Positions 62,467 to 64,000 of a stretch of DNA of 64,000 nt are shown piece after piece. A model generated the notes under the pieces. It had not been told where the DNA came from. It worked only from the letters and a program-made list of their open reading frames with translations, and made no database searches. Numbering within the stretch: the stretch's first letter is position 1; the number at the start of each line of letters is the position of its first letter. The stretch is from Oikopleura dioica. Lineage: Eukaryota; Animalia; Chordata. The stretch covers positions 6,510,001 through 6,574,000 of the forward strand of contig OU015566.1 of assembly GCA_907165135.1 (NCBI GenBank), written 5' to 3'. The translations under genes were made by a program, and so were the position numbers.

Positions 62467-62619
62467 CACTATAAATTTTGATATTCCCGAAAAATAAGAA
62501 TCTTTAGTGCTCCGCTTCGCTTTCTTGCTGATAAATGCAAATAATTCGCATCCGTCTTTTTCCAAAAATGATTGATTTTATCTTATATAATGGCTTCAAT
62601 CAGGGTTCAAAATCACCTA

Positions 62620-62846
62620 GTTTTTAGGTGAGGTGAGGTGAGGTGATAAGTACAAAAAAGGTGCACCTTTAGGTGCACCTAAAAAAGTCCCAAATCTCAA
62701 AAATTTTAGGTGAGGTGGGTGAGGTGATAGATTGGAAAAAGGTGCACCTTTCAGGTGCACCTAAAAAAGACAATTTTTGAAAAGTTTTAGGTGAGGTGGG
62801 TGAGGTGATATTCCGAAAAAGGGTGCACGGTGCACCTTTTAGGTGG
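62620..62846. repeat. ~80-bp tandem repeat x3 with (GGTGA)n and GGTGCACC palindromes
   Basis: TTTTAGGTGAGGTG..AAAAAGGTGCACCTTT..GGTGCACCTAAAAAAG repeated. Confidence 0.75.
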
Positions 62847-63588
62847 TTGATCCTTCTACCATGATCTGGGGCCTGCTTATGGTGATCTGATTGTGTCTAT
62901 GGTATGGTATCTGATTCTCTCTAGAATAAAATTTCTGTGTAAGCATAAAAATAAAAATTGCGAAGAAAGAGAAAATGTGGCTGAAGTACTCGCTTCTTTT
63001 TGCCTGTGCACTTGCTGGAACCTGCAGCACCTTTAATCGTGTTCGATGTGGTCAAGGGCAAAGCCAAGGTAAAAATATATCGCACTGACCGTTTAAAAAA
63101 ATGAAAAGAATGGGGAGAATCTGACTGTCTTCAAGCTGGCTGCTGCTGGAACAATGATGTCACCGGTAAGTTCCCGGATAAGATTGATAAAAGCTGAATA
63201 TTTCTTAGAAATCGCCTATCGATGCACGAAAAACGACGAAGATGCTCGAAGAAGCCTCGAAGCGCGAACGACCAATACAAATTATACCGACATTTTGGCT
63301 GAAGTGATCGCCTATCACGACTCCAGAGCTGTCTGGGCTGTTCCTTTCTACACCTCAATTGTAATTCTTCCAGCTTCTTACAGTGGCATAAGAATAATTT
63401 TAGCCTTTCGTCATCATCGCTGCGTTCAATTGGATCAAGAATATTTACCAAGATTGAAACACTATCAAAGCAAAGTATCTATCATTATTTTTTATAATAA
63501 ACACTTTCTATTATTTGAAATACAACAAGAGATGCGCTGGATGATATTTTTAATATGAAGAAGTAGAAAAAACAGGAGGAAAAATATC

Positions 63589-63987
63589 TTACAACCAGTT
63601 GAATCGTTCGAATTGCGGATAGCAGTTCTCTTGATCTCGGCCTCTCTTGGTCGCCTCTTCTCGCGCATCAATGTGGTTCAGCCAGTCTTTCATGTAGTCG
63701 TCCAAATACGCGATGAACTTAATTCTGTCTTCGTTGTTTTCGGGGTTCCATGATTTGTGGAAAACATTGTGGTTCTCCTCTGGATCGAATTCGATATTGT
63801 ACAGTTCCTCTGATCCAGGAATGTATTTCATGTTTTCTTTTCGAATGGCGGCATTTTTCAGATCTGATTCGACTCCGGGAGTGTAAGCATGTGTCAGAAT
63901 CGGTTTCTTTTTCACTTCGTAGCTGGCTTCGCCTGTTTCTAGGTATGATAAGAGGCTTCTGCTGTCTGGTGCTTCGTTGCAGCCCAA
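63589..63987 (-). CDS. Terminal exon of a gene extending beyond the window, unknown product
   Basis: 132-codon open frame with natural composition ending in a stop. Confidence 0.45.
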   Translation of the reverse strand: MGCNEAPDSRSLLSYLETGEASYEVKKKPILTHAYTPGVESDLKNAAIRKENMKYIPGSEELYNIEFDPEENHNVFHKSWNPENNEDRIKFIAYLDDYMKDWLNHIDAREEATKRGRDQENCYPQFERFNWL

Positions 63988-64000
63988 GTCGTAGTCGATT

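Overview
Eukaryotic, not prokaryotic, DNA. It is most likely an appendicularian tunicate (Oikopleura-like), inferred from ~40-60 nt introns, dense genes, scattered TTAGGG tracts and Tor-type Ty3/gypsy elements. The window holds two LTR retroelements. (1) 1-6439 is the 3' part of a gypsy-like element with gag, a continuous 1169-aa pol, a C3HC4 RING ORF, a PPT and a 474-bp TG..CA LTR. Its protease, RNase H and integrase catalytic residues are intact, but all three RT catalytic aspartates are replaced (motif A D>E; YxDD>TLNE). (2) 32301-44371 is a complete env-bearing Tor-like element with identical 127-bp LTRs, a 1455-bp integrase/env tandem duplication and three single-base homopolymer frameshifts. 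Between env and the 3' LTR it carries what looks like an intron-containing antisense gene. Recognisable host genes: HS3ST-type sulfotransferase, TSPEAR-like, trypsin-like protease, PX/PH-less phospholipase D, a RING gene plus pseudogene pair and a Reeler-domain protein. Also present are several MITEs, one of which sits in a PLD exon and can be spliced out in frame, and tandem repeats including a 57-bp hairpin satellite. All calls come from manual motif reading; no database searches were run. Exon boundaries of host genes are approximate.
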